A stretch of DNA of 64,000 bases from a virus: the IMG/VR virus record IMGVR_UViG_3300037307_000400. The stretch is one strand, 5' to 3'. A model generated the notes under the pieces. That model was not told the DNA's origin, made no database searches, and saw only the letters and a list, made by a program, of their open reading frames with translations. The translations under genes were made by a program, and so were the position numbers. The first letter of the stretch is position 1. Every line of letters begins with the position of its first letter. Positions 1 to 9,490 of the stretch are shown one piece after another.

Positions 1-1
1 T

Positions 2-3000
2 GAGAACGGCAATACGATCACGACGAGTGCGGGTGAGGGTCCGCTGACGTTCACCGGAACGGAGACTATCCAGCTCACTTCGGGGTCCGGCAATATCGCA
101 CTAAACACCGGCACCGGCGACGTAAACGTAGGCAGTGCAGGTGAGTTCACCGCTTCGGCAGCCTCGAACATCGAGCTGACGACTTCCGGTGGCAACGTGG
201 TCCTCACCTCGGACACGGCGGCAGTCAACGTCTCTGGCGTTAACGTCGGGGTTTTGGCTTCGGCAGACATCAGTATGACTGCTGCCGGGAACGTCTCAAT
301 GGGGGCGACTGCCGGAGACTTCACCGTCGGTGCAGGCGACGCCGTCACTCTCACCGCAGGCGCGACGGGCACCGCGAAGATGCGCGTGGGTGTGAACGAT
401 GCCCTCGTCCTCGACTCGGCGACGACCGCGTCCATCGCGGCGGGCTACCTCCTGTCGTGGGACGGCACGAAGAACATCTACGTCGATCCGAGCGGCTACA
501 GCGACACGCTCCAGAGCGCCTACGAGAACGGCAACACGATCACGACGAGTGCAGGTGAAGGTCCGCTGACCGTCACGGGCACTGAGTCGATCTCGTTCAC
601 GTCGGGTTCGGGGAACTTCGACGTCACAGTGGCTACCGGTAGTATTTTGTTGGCCACGACGGGCACGACGCTTTCGTTGACTGGGCGCACCGCAACGACA
701 CTACAGTCTTCGACAGCGAATGTTGCGATCACGGCGGCCACGGACATCGAAGTGGCTGCGACGGCCAACGTCGATGTCCGCTCCGGGGCGTCGAGCAACA
801 TCGAGCTGAAGGTCGGCACTACCTCCGCCATCGTCCTCGACTCGACGACGACGGCCTCGGTTGCTGCTGGTCGCATCCTCACCTGGAATGGCACGCAGAA
901 CGTCTACGTCGATCCGGCTGCTCCGACGACCGAGACATGGGCGCAGACGCTTGTTGCGGGCAACGTCTCGGGCGGCACGGACCCGACGCTCACCTCAGGT
1001 GACAAGTACACGAGCGAGCTTGGCGCGATTTTGCGTGTCGCCACCCAGGCAAACGCCGGGGCTACCGATCAGATCATCATCGAGTCCGGTACTGCGACAG
1101 GTGGCAACTCGGGTGCCGTCAACATTACCACCGGAATTGGAAACAGCACGGGAGGCATCGCACTCACTACTGGCAACGCCTCTGTGGGGGATAGCGGCGG
1201 CATCGCCATCTCTGTCGGAAACGCTCCCGCTAACGGCGGTGTGCTGATGCTGAGCGCTGGCAGCTCAACTACCAGCGGCGATGGCGGTGACGTCACGTTC
1301 ACCGCCGGCTCTGGAGCCGGGGCTAGCGGTTCCGGCGGGTACATGAACCTGTCGAGCGGCTACGCAACCGGACTGAACGGAAGCGGCGGCGAGTTCACCG
1401 TGAACTCTGGTCCCGGCGGAAACGCCACTGGCACCGGAACGGGCGGTTATGTTGACATCAGTGCTGGTGACTCGGTCGATGGCAACGCAGGAAACCTGAG
1501 CCTGAATGCCGGTGATGCGTCAGGCACAGGCAACGCTGGCACTATCTATCTGACGGCCGGTACTGGCAACACCACCAAGTCTGGTGATGTGGTCATCGAA
1601 GCACCTTCCAGTGCATCTGGGACGGACGGCATCATCCAGCTCTACGCAACCCAGGGCTACGTCGGCATCGGGTCACCCATCCTTCGTGCCATCACGCCTG
1701 GGGATGACCTGCTGTTCCAGACCGCAAACATGGTGGCACCCGGTGCTTCGGGCGATTTGACCATCGCTACTGGTGCGATGGTTGGCGGCGTAGGAGTTGG
1801 TTCCGGCGCGATTTCGATTGCAACGGCGGCCAACTTTGGGGCCACAGGGACTTCGGGCAAGATCTCACTCACGACGGGTGGCGGCAACGCTGGGTCGTCT
1901 GGAAATGTCGAGATCACGACAGGTTCCGGGGACACTGCTGGGTCCGGTTCGATCAAGCTGACGACGGGCCCCGGTTCTGGGGGGCCAGCGGGCAACATCG
2001 AGATCACGGCCGGCGCAGGCGGGGCTTCGACTGCGGGTGGCCTCGTCGTGAATTGCGGTGACGGCGCCTCTGGCGGCGGCATCACGTTGATCGGCGGCGA
2101 CTCCAGCTCGGGTTCCGCTGGCTCGTTCAGCTTCACGGCCGGCGATAGCACGGCCGGGGGCTCGGGTGGCGGGATCTCACTGCTCAGCGGCGACAGTGAT
2201 GGTGGCGACTCCGGCGACATCATCATTGACGTCGGTTCGGCCACCAACGGAGCCACCGGCAACGGTGGCCAGGCTCGCTTGAAAGCGGGCAGTTCGGTTG
2301 CCGGCGTCGGCGGAGATCTCGATCTGCTTGCTGGCGACGGACCCACTGGCGGTAACGTCTCAATCGAAGCCGGCGACACGACCACTACGGGCACCGGGGG
2401 CAATCTCTTGCTGCTTGCTGGCGACGGCGGTGGGCTTGCTGGTACCGCACTGCTCAAGGGCGGTAGCTCTTCGGGCGCAGCCGGCGGTTCTGTAGAGGTT
2501 TCTGGCGGAACGGGTACTACAGTCGGTGGCGCTGTAGTAATTCGTAGCGGCACAGGCCTCACTCCAGGTTCGGTTCAAGTTCTCGCGGGCACTGTCACGT
2601 CGGCAGTGTTCGACTCCACGACCGACTTCACGGCTGCGGCTGCGCTGTCGGTGCTTCGCAAGAACGCTGGTGGGACGGCTCTGGAGTACGCACCGGCATC
2701 TTCCTTCGGCACGCCCTACTCGGTGCAGACCGTCGCGGCGAACACTTCGATCTCGGCCGCGTCCATCAACGCGAGCGAGATTACGGTGGCTTGCACGGCG
2801 GGCAGCATCACGATCACGATCCCCGACCCTTCGACCGTCACTGACGGCAAGCGGATCTTGGTGAAGGACCGCAACGGCAACGCTGCTGCGAACAACATCA
2901 CGATCACGACGGCGGCGGGGACCATCGACGGTGCGGCGTCGCAGCTCATCGCGACGAACTACGGGTCGCTGACGCTCCAGAGGACGAGCGCCACGACCTG

Positions 3001-3013
3001 GAGCATCGTCTGA
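2..3013 (+). CDS. Gly/Thr-rich spike or fibre protein, 5' partial
   Basis: Frame is open from nt 2 (ENGNTITTSAGEGPL, repeated internally near 523). Many GGxIxIxAG-type repeats; C-terminal domain (ITIPDP..GKRILVKD..NNITI..TIDG) resembles phage fibre C-termini. Confidence 0.75.
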   Translation, partial: ENGNTITTSAGEGPLTFTGTETIQLTSGSGNIALNTGTGDVNVGSAGEFTASAASNIELTTSGGNVVLTSDTAAVNVSGVNVGVLASADISMTAAGNVSMGATAGDFTVGAGDAVTLTAGATGTAKMRVGVNDALVLDSATTASIAAGYLLSWDGTKNIYVDPSGYSDTLQSAYENGNTITTSAGEGPLTVTGTESISFTSGSGNFDVTVATGSILLATTGTTLSLTGRTATTLQSSTANVAITAATDIEVAATANVDVRSGASSNIELKVGTTSAIVLDSTTTASVAAGRILTWNGTQNVYVDPAAPTTETWAQTLVAGNVSGGTDPTLTSGDKYTSELGAILRVATQANAGATDQIIIESGTATGGNSGAVNITTGIGNSTGGIALTTGNASVGDSGGIAISVGNAPANGGVLMLSAGSSTTSGDGGDVTFTAGSGAGASGSGGYMNLSSGYATGLNGSGGEFTVNSGPGGNATGTGTGGYVDISAGDSVDGNAGNLSLNAGDASGTGNAGTIYLTAGTGNTTKSGDVVIEAPSSASGTDGIIQLYATQGYVGIGSPILRAITPGDDLLFQTANMVAPGASGDLTIATGAMVGGVGVGSGAISIATAANFGATGTSGKISLTTGGGNAGSSGNVEITTGSGDTAGSGSIKLTTGPGSGGPAGNIEITAGAGGASTAGGLVVNCGDGASGGGITLIGGDSSSGSAGSFSFTAGDSTAGGSGGGISLLSGDSDGGDSGDIIIDVGSATNGATGNGGQARLKAGSSVAGVGGDLDLLAGDGPTGGNVSIEAGDTTTTGTGGNLLLLAGDGGGLAGTALLKGGSSSGAAGGSVEVSGGTGTTVGGAVVIRSGTGLTPGSVQVLAGTVTSAVFDSTTDFTAAAALSVLRKNAGGTALEYAPASSFGTPYSVQTVAANTSISAASINASEITVACTAGSITITIPDPSTVTDGKRILVKDRNGNAAANNITITTAAGTIDGAASQLIATNYGSLTLQRTSATTWSIV

Positions 3014-3019
3014 GTCTGG

Positions 3020-3058
3020 GCGCCCGGCGGGGCTGGTTCCCGCCGGGCGCTTTCTTCT
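3020..3058 (+). terminator. Intrinsic terminator
   Basis: 12-bp stem GCGCCCGGCGGG / CCCGCCGGGCGC, 7-nt loop, then TTTCTTCT, just after the stop at 3013. Confidence 0.75.
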
Positions 3059-3070
3059 GTAGGGTGAAGC

Positions 3071-3997
3071 ATGACGCATCGAGGGCAAAATCCGGCAGCG
3101 AATACTGTCCAGGTCTGGAACGGCACGCGGTGGGTGCAGGCCGATAGCCTCACCATTCCGGCAGGCTCGGCGCCCGGCGCGCCCGTGAGCGGTGCCGCGC
3201 TCTACAGTGTGGACTTTGGCGGGAGGGCTACCCCGGCCTGGGTGGACCCGTTCAACCTTCAGACGCTCGTGCAGCAGTTCATCGGGCAGGACGCTGTGGG
3301 GCTCTGGAAGCCGCCAGGCAACGCGACGACGGCGCCCGGCGTGTTCGGGCGCGCGGCGTTCACGGCGACCGGCACGGCGACCACGCGCAACGTGGCTACT
3401 ACCAACGTGCTCACGCGCAAGCGGCGCCTCGGGTTTGTTGGCACGGCAGCGGTGAACTCTGCGGCTGGCGCTCGCGTAGCGGCGGCGCAGATCACGTCGG
3501 GGACGGGAACGCTCGGCGGGTTCTTCAAGGTCATGCGCTTTGCCGTTTCGGACGCGGCGCTCGTGGCCGACGCGGTGATGTTTGTCGGCGTGGGGTCATC
3601 GGCGGCGATTGCGGGAGGCACGAGCCCTGCGACGCTCGTGAACAGCTTCGGAGTCGGGCGACGCTCGACCGACACGAATATGCACCTCTTCTACGGAGGC
3701 TCGGCGGCGCAGACGCCCGTGGACCTCGGCGCGCCCTACCCGAGCAACGCGCTGAACACGCCTTACGAACTGGTCATCTTCTGCCCGCCCACGGCGGCGA
3801 CCACGATCTACTACCAGCTCACGAATCTCGCGACGGGCGCGACGACGGGTACGCAATCGGTCACGGGGGTCGCCGGCACGCAGCTTCCGGCGAGCACGAC
3901 GCTGCTGTCTGAGTCCCAGTTCTGGCGCTCTACAACGGCGACGGCGACGGCAGTAGGCATCGACGTGCTGAGCGACTACACTTGGGGAAACAACTGA
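3071..3997 (+). CDS. Beta-rich virion spike / receptor-binding-like protein
   Basis: 308 aa, Ala/Thr/Gly-rich, N-terminal 'VQVWNGTRWV' fibre-type motif; follows the fibre gene. Confidence 0.55.
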   Translation: MTHRGQNPAANTVQVWNGTRWVQADSLTIPAGSAPGAPVSGAALYSVDFGGRATPAWVDPFNLQTLVQQFIGQDAVGLWKPPGNATTAPGVFGRAAFTATGTATTRNVATTNVLTRKRRLGFVGTAAVNSAAGARVAAAQITSGTGTLGGFFKVMRFAVSDAALVADAVMFVGVGSSAAIAGGTSPATLVNSFGVGRRSTDTNMHLFYGGSAAQTPVDLGAPYPSNALNTPYELVIFCPPTAATTIYYQLTNLATGATTGTQSVTGVAGTQLPASTTLLSESQFWRSTTATATAVGIDVLSDYTWGNN

Positions 3998-4167
3998 TGG
4001 CCGCCTACACGCTCTTCGTTGCGCAGTGGAGGGTCGTTCGCAACACGGACGGCAAGACCGTCTCGCCGTGCGCGGACGAGCACGACCCGGACTTCCTCGA
4101 CTACCTCGCGTGGGTCGAGCAAGGGAACGAACCGGACATCGACGAGACGCCCGAGGAGGAAATATGA
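3997..4167 (+). CDS. Small fibre-assembly chaperone-like protein
   Basis: ATG overlaps the upstream TGA; 'DFLDYLAWVEQGNEP' resembles small proteins encoded after phage fibres. Confidence 0.55.
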   Translation: MAAYTLFVAQWRVVRNTDGKTVSPCADEHDPDFLDYLAWVEQGNEPDIDETPEEEI

Positions 4168-4766
4168 GTCACATTGGAGAGTCGGTACCGGGCTACTACT
4201 TCTGGGACGGGGCGAAGCTCATCCCCGATGCTGACGGCGGTGGCGGGGCCTTGGCCGCAGTGCAGACGTATCCCGTGGCGGACATCGGTAACACCTTGAC
4301 GGTCTGGTCAGGTGCCGGTGGAGGGTTCGGTAACTTGTACGCAGTCGCGGTCGTTCCTGCTGGCGACACGGAGCCCCTTGCCGAGACAGCGTTGTTGGTT
4401 ACACAGGCTCCCGGCGGTGGCGGCGGGGTTGGTGTTGGAATCTACGACTCGGCAGGCGTTCGGTTGGCGTACTCGAACATTACGGCACCCATTCTCGGCG
4501 TTAATGTACTGCCACTCGTTGCGGGTGTCGGCACGGTTCTTACGGGTGGCACGCTTTACTACTTCGCGGTTTACTCGAATCAAAACGGAGCAGTCGTGGG
4601 GTCTAAAGATGGGATTTCCAGCGTCCCTTCTGGAACTCCTCCGCTGGGCTTTGAAATTCCAAATAGCAGCACACAGCCAGGGGCTTTACAGGGACAGCCT
4701 GCAAACATCTCAGCGTTTTTTGGAACGCAGGTCGTTGCGCGCCCCTGGTCGGCTGTCGGATCCTGA
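4164..4766 (+). CDS. Beta-rich putative virion protein
   Basis: ATGA coupling at 4164 (MSHIGES...), trimmed from track ORF 4026..4766. Confidence 0.55.
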   Translation: MSHIGESVPGYYFWDGAKLIPDADGGGGALAAVQTYPVADIGNTLTVWSGAGGGFGNLYAVAVVPAGDTEPLAETALLVTQAPGGGGGVGVGIYDSAGVRLAYSNITAPILGVNVLPLVAGVGTVLTGGTLYYFAVYSNQNGAVVGSKDGISSVPSGTPPLGFEIPNSSTQPGALQGQPANISAFFGTQVVARPWSAVGS

Positions 4767-4775
4767 GGGAAAGCG

Positions 4776-5729
4776 ATGAAGATCAAACTAACATCCAAGA
4801 GTCGTTGGAACGCAGACATTGCCCACAAGCGCCGCTACGGCTCGGCGACCATCACAGAGTTCTTCGTCGAGATCGATGGCGAGCTTCAGCCGTGGACCGT
4901 CGAGGGCTACGGGCCGACCACTGGCGAGCGCATGACCTTCGCCAAGGAGAAGGCCCTGAGCGCCCTGAAGAGCGGTCGCGTGCGCGTCTACGCCAAGGGT
5001 GAGCCCTGGGGCCAGGGATCGACGATGCGCTTCAACGGTACGAACACGGAGCGCCTGTGGAAAGACATCGAGAACTTTCTCTACCCGTCGTGGTATCAAG
5101 GCTCAGGGTATCGCGGAGATCTTCCCTCGAATCAAGACGTCCTTCTCATCAAGGAGTTCTATCAGAACTATGTGCCCGGCAAGGGCTTCGACGAAGACTC
5201 GGACCTGGAGCCAAACAACGTGGCCAAGGCTTTTGCTCGTGTGAAGTTTCTCGTGGAGCAAGCCTGGAAGCGCAAACGAGAAGAGGTCATCGAGACACTG
5301 CGTGACGAGTTCGGAGCACGGCCCTTTTCGACTAAGCAGTACAATGCCTTGCGACTAGGTCTTGCAAGCTCCGATATTCCTCGACTCTTAGAGGAAGGCG
5401 TTCTTCAGTCCTCTGGATACAGTTCCTATGTCTTGACCAGCGTGGGCCAGGGATCGACGATGCGCTTCAACGGGTACCATCTGGAGAAGTTGCACGAGGA
5501 GGAGCCCGATGAGGACGGACGGCATCCCGAGCACAAGCACTTGATCTTCGTGGAGGCCGAACCGCACTTCGGTGGCTATCTGCTAAAGAGCCCTGCGGCA
5601 GGAGAGAAGACTGCGTGGGTTTCTGAAGAGGACTACCTGCACATCTTCACAGATCGATTCACTCGCGAGAACGAGTTCGGGTACGTGACAGACGAGTACT
5701 TGCAGATCTTCGAGGAGCCAGAAAAATGA
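4776..5729 (+). CDS. Modular hypothetical protein with duplicated GQGSTMRFNG linker
   Basis: 317-aa ORF; the peptide occurs twice and is encoded by an exact 30-bp repeat. Confidence 0.7.
   Translation: MKIKLTSKSRWNADIAHKRRYGSATITEFFVEIDGELQPWTVEGYGPTTGERMTFAKEKALSALKSGRVRVYAKGEPWGQGSTMRFNGTNTERLWKDIENFLYPSWYQGSGYRGDLPSNQDVLLIKEFYQNYVPGKGFDEDSDLEPNNVAKAFARVKFLVEQAWKRKREEVIETLRDEFGARPFSTKQYNALRLGLASSDIPRLLEEGVLQSSGYSSYVLTSVGQGSTMRFNGYHLEKLHEEEPDEDGRHPEHKHLIFVEAEPHFGGYLLKSPAAGEKTAWVSEEDYLHIFTDRFTRENEFGYVTDEYLQIFEEPEK
5009..5473 (+). repeat. Exact 30-bp direct repeat (5009-5038 and 5444-5473)
   Basis: GGGCCAGGGATCGACGATGCGCTTCAACGG is present at both positions. Confidence 0.9.
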
Positions 5730-6199
5730 AAAAAATCAAAGAACCACGCCTTTCGGTCCTCAAAAAGTGGGACGCAGTAGCTCAAGATCTCCTTCTCGGA
5801 AGAAAAATCAAGAAGGCTGGCTATTCCGAGTACGACGGAGCGTATGGGATTCAGATCGACTTGGACGATGGCACTTCGCTGTATCCCATGTCGGGCAGGG
5901 GTGACACGGTCGGTGTGCTCGTCACCAGCATAGGCAGGGAGCCTGTCTGGCCAGCTTTCTACTCATTCGACAAGGATATTGATTTGTGGCGTCCGCTCGT
6001 TAAGATGTCGCTGGTCGGTAAGAAAATCGTTCGCGCTCAATACGAGTTTATGTACCGTGACAACTATGTGATGGTGTTGCAGCTAACGCTGAGCGATAGA
6101 ATTACCATACACCCCATGGCAGATGCTAAAAGAAAAGACCCTGGCCTCTTCGCCACGAATCTGCCTGATTGTCCTGAGCTACCGGTCATCACGTTTTGA
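5726..6199 (+). CDS. Hypothetical protein with an internal two-fold repeat, AT-richer than flanks
   Basis: ATGA-coupled; 'LLGRKIKKAGY..TSLYPMS' and 'LVGKKIVRAQY..ITIHPMA' resemble each other. Confidence 0.6.
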   Translation: MKKIKEPRLSVLKKWDAVAQDLLLGRKIKKAGYSEYDGAYGIQIDLDDGTSLYPMSGRGDTVGVLVTSIGREPVWPAFYSFDKDIDLWRPLVKMSLVGKKIVRAQYEFMYRDNYVMVLQLTLSDRITIHPMADAKRKDPGLFATNLPDCPELPVITF

Positions 6200-6611
6200 T
6201 CAGTTCAGCGGCTCGAGCGAACGCTCCGCCGAACACGCGCACGCCGCGGTAGTAGAGCAGGCGCGCCCACCAGGGCGCTCGGTCGCGCACGAGGTAGCGC
6301 TTGAACACTACGTCGGACTGCTTGCGCGCTCGAAGTGGCAGGAGGCCCTCACGGTGGAGCTGGTAGAGCGCGTCGTGGTAGAGGCTCGCGCGCTGCGTGC
6401 CCGGGGGGTCTGGCACCATGGTGCAGCCGTCCCAGGAGTACTCGGCGCGGATCGAGAGCACGCCGTCGTTGCTGAGCGCGACCCAAGGCGTCGCGTCGTG
6501 TGAGGGGATCGCGAGATCTCCGTAGCCCCGGAGGTCGGTCTGTTCCGACACGCCCGTGGGGAGCCGGTACTTGTAGATGCACTGGAACTCAAATTTGTCG
6601 GGATTCTCCAT
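6189..6611 (-). CDS. DUF1353-like protein
   Basis: 'YSWDGCT..RASLYHDALYQ..SDVVF..YYRGVRVFG' pattern; start placed at MENPDKF. Confidence 0.65.
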   Translation of the reverse strand: MENPDKFEFQCIYKYRLPTGVSEQTDLRGYGDLAIPSHDATPWVALSNDGVLSIRAEYSWDGCTMVPDPPGTQRASLYHDALYQLHREGLLPLRARKQSDVVFKRYLVRDRAPWWARLLYYRGVRVFGGAFARAAELIKT

Positions 6612-6620
6612 GGAGAATCC
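6601..6620. repeat. Perfect 20-bp palindrome
   Basis: GGATTCTCCATGGAGAATCC is its own reverse complement. Confidence 0.9.
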
Positions 6621-6693
6621 AGTTGAGCACGGGCTCAGAGCGCCGGCAATTCCGCTGTTGCTCCTGGTTGTTTCCTGGTACAATCCGGGGTCG

Positions 6694-6879
6694 ATGGTCT
6701 ACGAATACCTGTGCAAGCGGTGCGCGCACGAGTGGGAGCAGCACCAGACGACCTCTGAGCCGTGCGACAAGTGCCCCTCGTGCGGCGAGGGCCCCGTGCA
6801 GCGCCTGATCAGCCGGACGTCGTTCGTCCTTCAGGGCGGCGGATGGTACCGCGACGGCTACAGTTCGAGTACGATGTGA
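6694..6879 (+). CDS. FmdB-family zinc-ribbon protein
   Basis: YEYLCKRC..CPSCG..RLIS..FVLQGGGWY..Y; TACAAT at 6679-6684 upstream. Confidence 0.85.
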   Translation: MVYEYLCKRCAHEWEQHQTTSEPCDKCPSCGEGPVQRLISRTSFVLQGGGWYRDGYSSSTM

Positions 6880-6881
6880 CC

Positions 6882-7322
6882 ATGGACGACTACAGCGATC
6901 TGCTCCTGTCAGGCTCCAGCTCCATCTTCGGGAGTGCTGCGAGCGAGGAGTCCCTCGGCGACATCGAAGCGTCAGCGGTGCCTGGTGGCCCGACCATGAG
7001 CGGCCTCGGCGGCCTCGGCGGCCCACCCATGGCGGTTGCCTCCGATGAGCTGCCCGCGCAGACGACGCCTGCCAACGCCTCGCTCGGCGCCGCGATCTCG
7101 TTCTTCACGGTCGCGGCGGGTGCTGCGGTCGGCTACAAGATCAAGCGCTGGAAGGGAGCGCTCGGAGGAGCGCTTCTCGGCGGCGGAGTGCGCAACCTGT
7201 GGCGCGCCCGCACAGCCATCCAAGCAAGCGGACTCGCCCAGAAGGGCGAAGGCATTCAGCAGGGCATGATCGGGCTTGCCGGGGTGGCCGCCGGAATTTA
7301 CCTGCTGATCTCGAAGGAGTGA
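6882..7322 (+). CDS. Membrane protein with SGLGGLGG motif and C-terminal anchor
   Basis: Hydrophobic segments AISFFTVAAGAAVGY and MIGLAGVAAGIYLLI. Confidence 0.65.
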   Translation: MDDYSDLLLSGSSSIFGSAASEESLGDIEASAVPGGPTMSGLGGLGGPPMAVASDELPAQTTPANASLGAAISFFTVAAGAAVGYKIKRWKGALGGALLGGGVRNLWRARTAIQASGLAQKGEGIQQGMIGLAGVAAGIYLLISKE

Positions 7323-7323
7323 C

Positions 7324-7749
7324 ATGTCGAGCAACACAATCGGAATGAAGCAGTACGGGGATCATTTCTCAGACGTCACGTCGGACCTGGGCGGCTACGG
7401 CTCGCTCGGCGGCGCAGGCATCGGCGCGCACGAGCGCACGGAGGCCAAGGTCACGCAGGAAGGCGTGAACCTGCACGCGCACTGCGACAACTGCGGCGTC
7501 CACAACGTGGTGATCGCCGAGTGGCCCGAGCTGGTGTTCATCGCAGAGGGCAAGCTCCCTCCAAATGGCTGGAAGTTCGAGCAAGGGCACGTCCGTACAG
7601 CGATCGGCTGTCGTGGCTGCCGGCGCGAGCTGCCCATCGGCGTCGTGCCGGACGAGGCGGGCAAGTGGGTGCGCGCGGGCGTTTCTGCGCGGTACATCGC
7701 CCCCAACGTAGTGCAGCACCTGGCGTCCCAAGCTCGTGCAGTGCGCTGA
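7324..7749 (+). CDS. Zinc-finger protein (CDNC, CRGC) with N-terminal GSLGG segment
   Basis: SD-like AAGGAG upstream; two CxxC pairs. Confidence 0.65.
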   Translation: MSSNTIGMKQYGDHFSDVTSDLGGYGSLGGAGIGAHERTEAKVTQEGVNLHAHCDNCGVHNVVIAEWPELVFIAEGKLPPNGWKFEQGHVRTAIGCRGCRRELPIGVVPDEAGKWVRAGVSARYIAPNVVQHLASQARAVR

Positions 7750-8239
7750 AACGATCACGACCGCCTCGCCACACGAGGCCCGTCTCGTCCTCGAGCCCTA
7801 CTTCGAGGAGCTACGCGAGCGCTTCCTGCAAGCAGGTTGGGACCGGCTCAGCAAGACCCGCCTGCGCTGTCGTCTCGAGCAGCACGACACCCCGCGGCAC
7901 TTCGCGGGGTGCCTCGAGGACGGGCTTCAGGTCTACGTCGCGCCCCAACTCATCGAGTTGTCCGTCGAGACGGTGCTGGGCATTCTGGCCCATGAGCTGG
8001 GGCACGCCGCGGACTTCCTCTACCCGGGGGAGTTCCTGCTCCGGGGCGACCATGTCGTCCACCAGGCCCCCGACAAGGAGCGCCTGCGGGGCTGGCGGCG
8101 CAGGGACGACGACACGGTCGAGGTCGTCGCCGACCTGATCGCCGAGCAGGTCATCGGCGCGCCCATCGGCTACCGGGGCCCCTGCCAGCTCCAGATGCTG
8201 GGGCTTTCAGGGCGCCCCCGACCGGTGGGACTCCGCTAG
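7736..8239 (+). CDS. Zincin-like metallopeptidase domain protein
   Basis: ILAHELGHA (HExxH) followed by a candidate distal Glu/Asp helix (VEVVADLIAE). Confidence 0.6.
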   Translation: MQCAETITTASPHEARLVLEPYFEELRERFLQAGWDRLSKTRLRCRLEQHDTPRHFAGCLEDGLQVYVAPQLIELSVETVLGILAHELGHAADFLYPGEFLLRGDHVVHQAPDKERLRGWRRRDDDTVEVVADLIAEQVIGAPIGYRGPCQLQMLGLSGRPRPVGLR

Positions 8240-8271
8240 TCCTGCGCAGAAAGCTCTGGTAGGCTCTCGCC

Positions 8272-8814
8272 ATGGCTGTCAACTGGAAGGTCGCGGTGTT
8301 CGGGGGTCTGGGCGCGAGCGCCCTTCTGTACGCTGCCCTGCGGGCGCCGCGGCACCTCTACGACGGCGAGGTCGAGGCCTGCGAGGGCTCAGGCTCGGAC
8401 TGCGAGAGCCTCATCCTGCGGCGCGGGTCCGGCAGCGGGAAGCTCTTCGCGCCCTTCAACGGCGAGTTGGTCGTCATGCCGGTAGGTCAGACGGTGTCAC
8501 TGCGCTTGCAGACCGACGTCCTCATGATGGTCTTCCAGGTCCCCGCAGGCGCCCCCATCGGTGCGCCAGGCCCCGTGCGCGCAGGCGCCATGCTCGCGCA
8601 GTCCGACCGCGTGAAGGTTCACTCGCTGTACCAGACCAAGCCGCTGGCGACGAGCGCCTGGCTGGTCGCCAATGGCTTCGCCCCCTCGAGCAAACGGGGC
8701 TCGTCGTGGTGCGAGGACCGCTCGCACCTGATCGTGCCCAAGTGCCCGGGGGTGACGTTCACGCGACCCCCGCTTCCGAAGCTCTCGCTTCGGACCATCT
8801 CCGTGGAGCAGTAA
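8272..8814 (+). CDS. N-terminally anchored protein, possibly degenerate M23-like fold
   Basis: N-terminal TM; 'LFAPFNGE..VRAGAMLA' is only loosely M23-like and no Zn ligands were seen. Confidence 0.45.
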   Translation: MAVNWKVAVFGGLGASALLYAALRAPRHLYDGEVEACEGSGSDCESLILRRGSGSGKLFAPFNGELVVMPVGQTVSLRLQTDVLMMVFQVPAGAPIGAPGPVRAGAMLAQSDRVKVHSLYQTKPLATSAWLVANGFAPSSKRGSSWCEDRSHLIVPKCPGVTFTRPPLPKLSLRTISVEQ

Positions 8815-8815
8815 C

Positions 8816-9490
8816 ATGTACGCACCAGTCGGCGTCTCAGGTCTGTTCGGATGCGACATCGACAAGTCGCAGTACCCGACCGTGCGCGTCTACCCAGGGA
8901 AGGCCAACCTGTGGGTCATCGCTAAGCGAGCAGGCGCCTCGGGCATCGTCAACGACATCGTCCGCAAGTGGATCGACCCGATTGACACGAGCAGTTGGTA
9001 CGAACCCGACCTGCCGTTCGCGGTGGTTCAAGACACAGCCGACGGCGTTCGGCAGATGGTGTCGAGCGACGGCCGCGTGATCGTGCAGAACGCGACCGAG
9101 TTTCCCAAGCCGCCTGTGCTCGGCTCGGGCCGGCAGTTTTACATCGTGCTCTTCAACGCGCCGTCCGACGCGCCTTCCGAGATCGTGTGGCCGGTGGTGG
9201 GCTGTCCCGAGTCCGCGGACTGGGCGCTTCTCTGGACGACCTCGTCGAAGCCCGCCGTGCTCTCTCCGTCGCAGGCGGCGACGAGCGCGCAGCCGGTGAC
9301 GGACACGGCGCAAGCGATGGACGCGCGGCGCGCCGAGGCCGAGCGCGCGCTGCGGGAGTCGATGGAGTCGGGCGAGGCCGGCGGCTTCCCCTGGAAGACG
9401 CTGCTGCTCACCGCGGCATTAGCCGGCGCAGGCTACTACGCTTGGCGTAAAGGAAAATTGCCCCTCCTACCAGCGCTGCGGAGCCGATGA
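8816..9490 (+). CDS. Tail-anchored membrane protein
   Basis: C-terminal WKTLLLTAALAGAGYYAWRKGK. Confidence 0.65.
   Translation: MYAPVGVSGLFGCDIDKSQYPTVRVYPGKANLWVIAKRAGASGIVNDIVRKWIDPIDTSSWYEPDLPFAVVQDTADGVRQMVSSDGRVIVQNATEFPKPPVLGSGRQFYIVLFNAPSDAPSEIVWPVVGCPESADWALLWTTSSKPAVLSPSQAATSAQPVTDTAQAMDARRAEAERALRESMESGEAGGFPWKTLLLTAALAGAGYYAWRKGKLPLLPALRSR

Noticed and set aside
2-4766. Fibre plus chaperone as proof of a tailed phage
   Set aside because: Fibres also occur on tailless virions and no head-tail hallmark gene was recognised; not fully excluded because the genome extends beyond the window.
8272-8814. Active M23 peptidase
   Set aside because: No HxxxD or HxH zinc ligands found.
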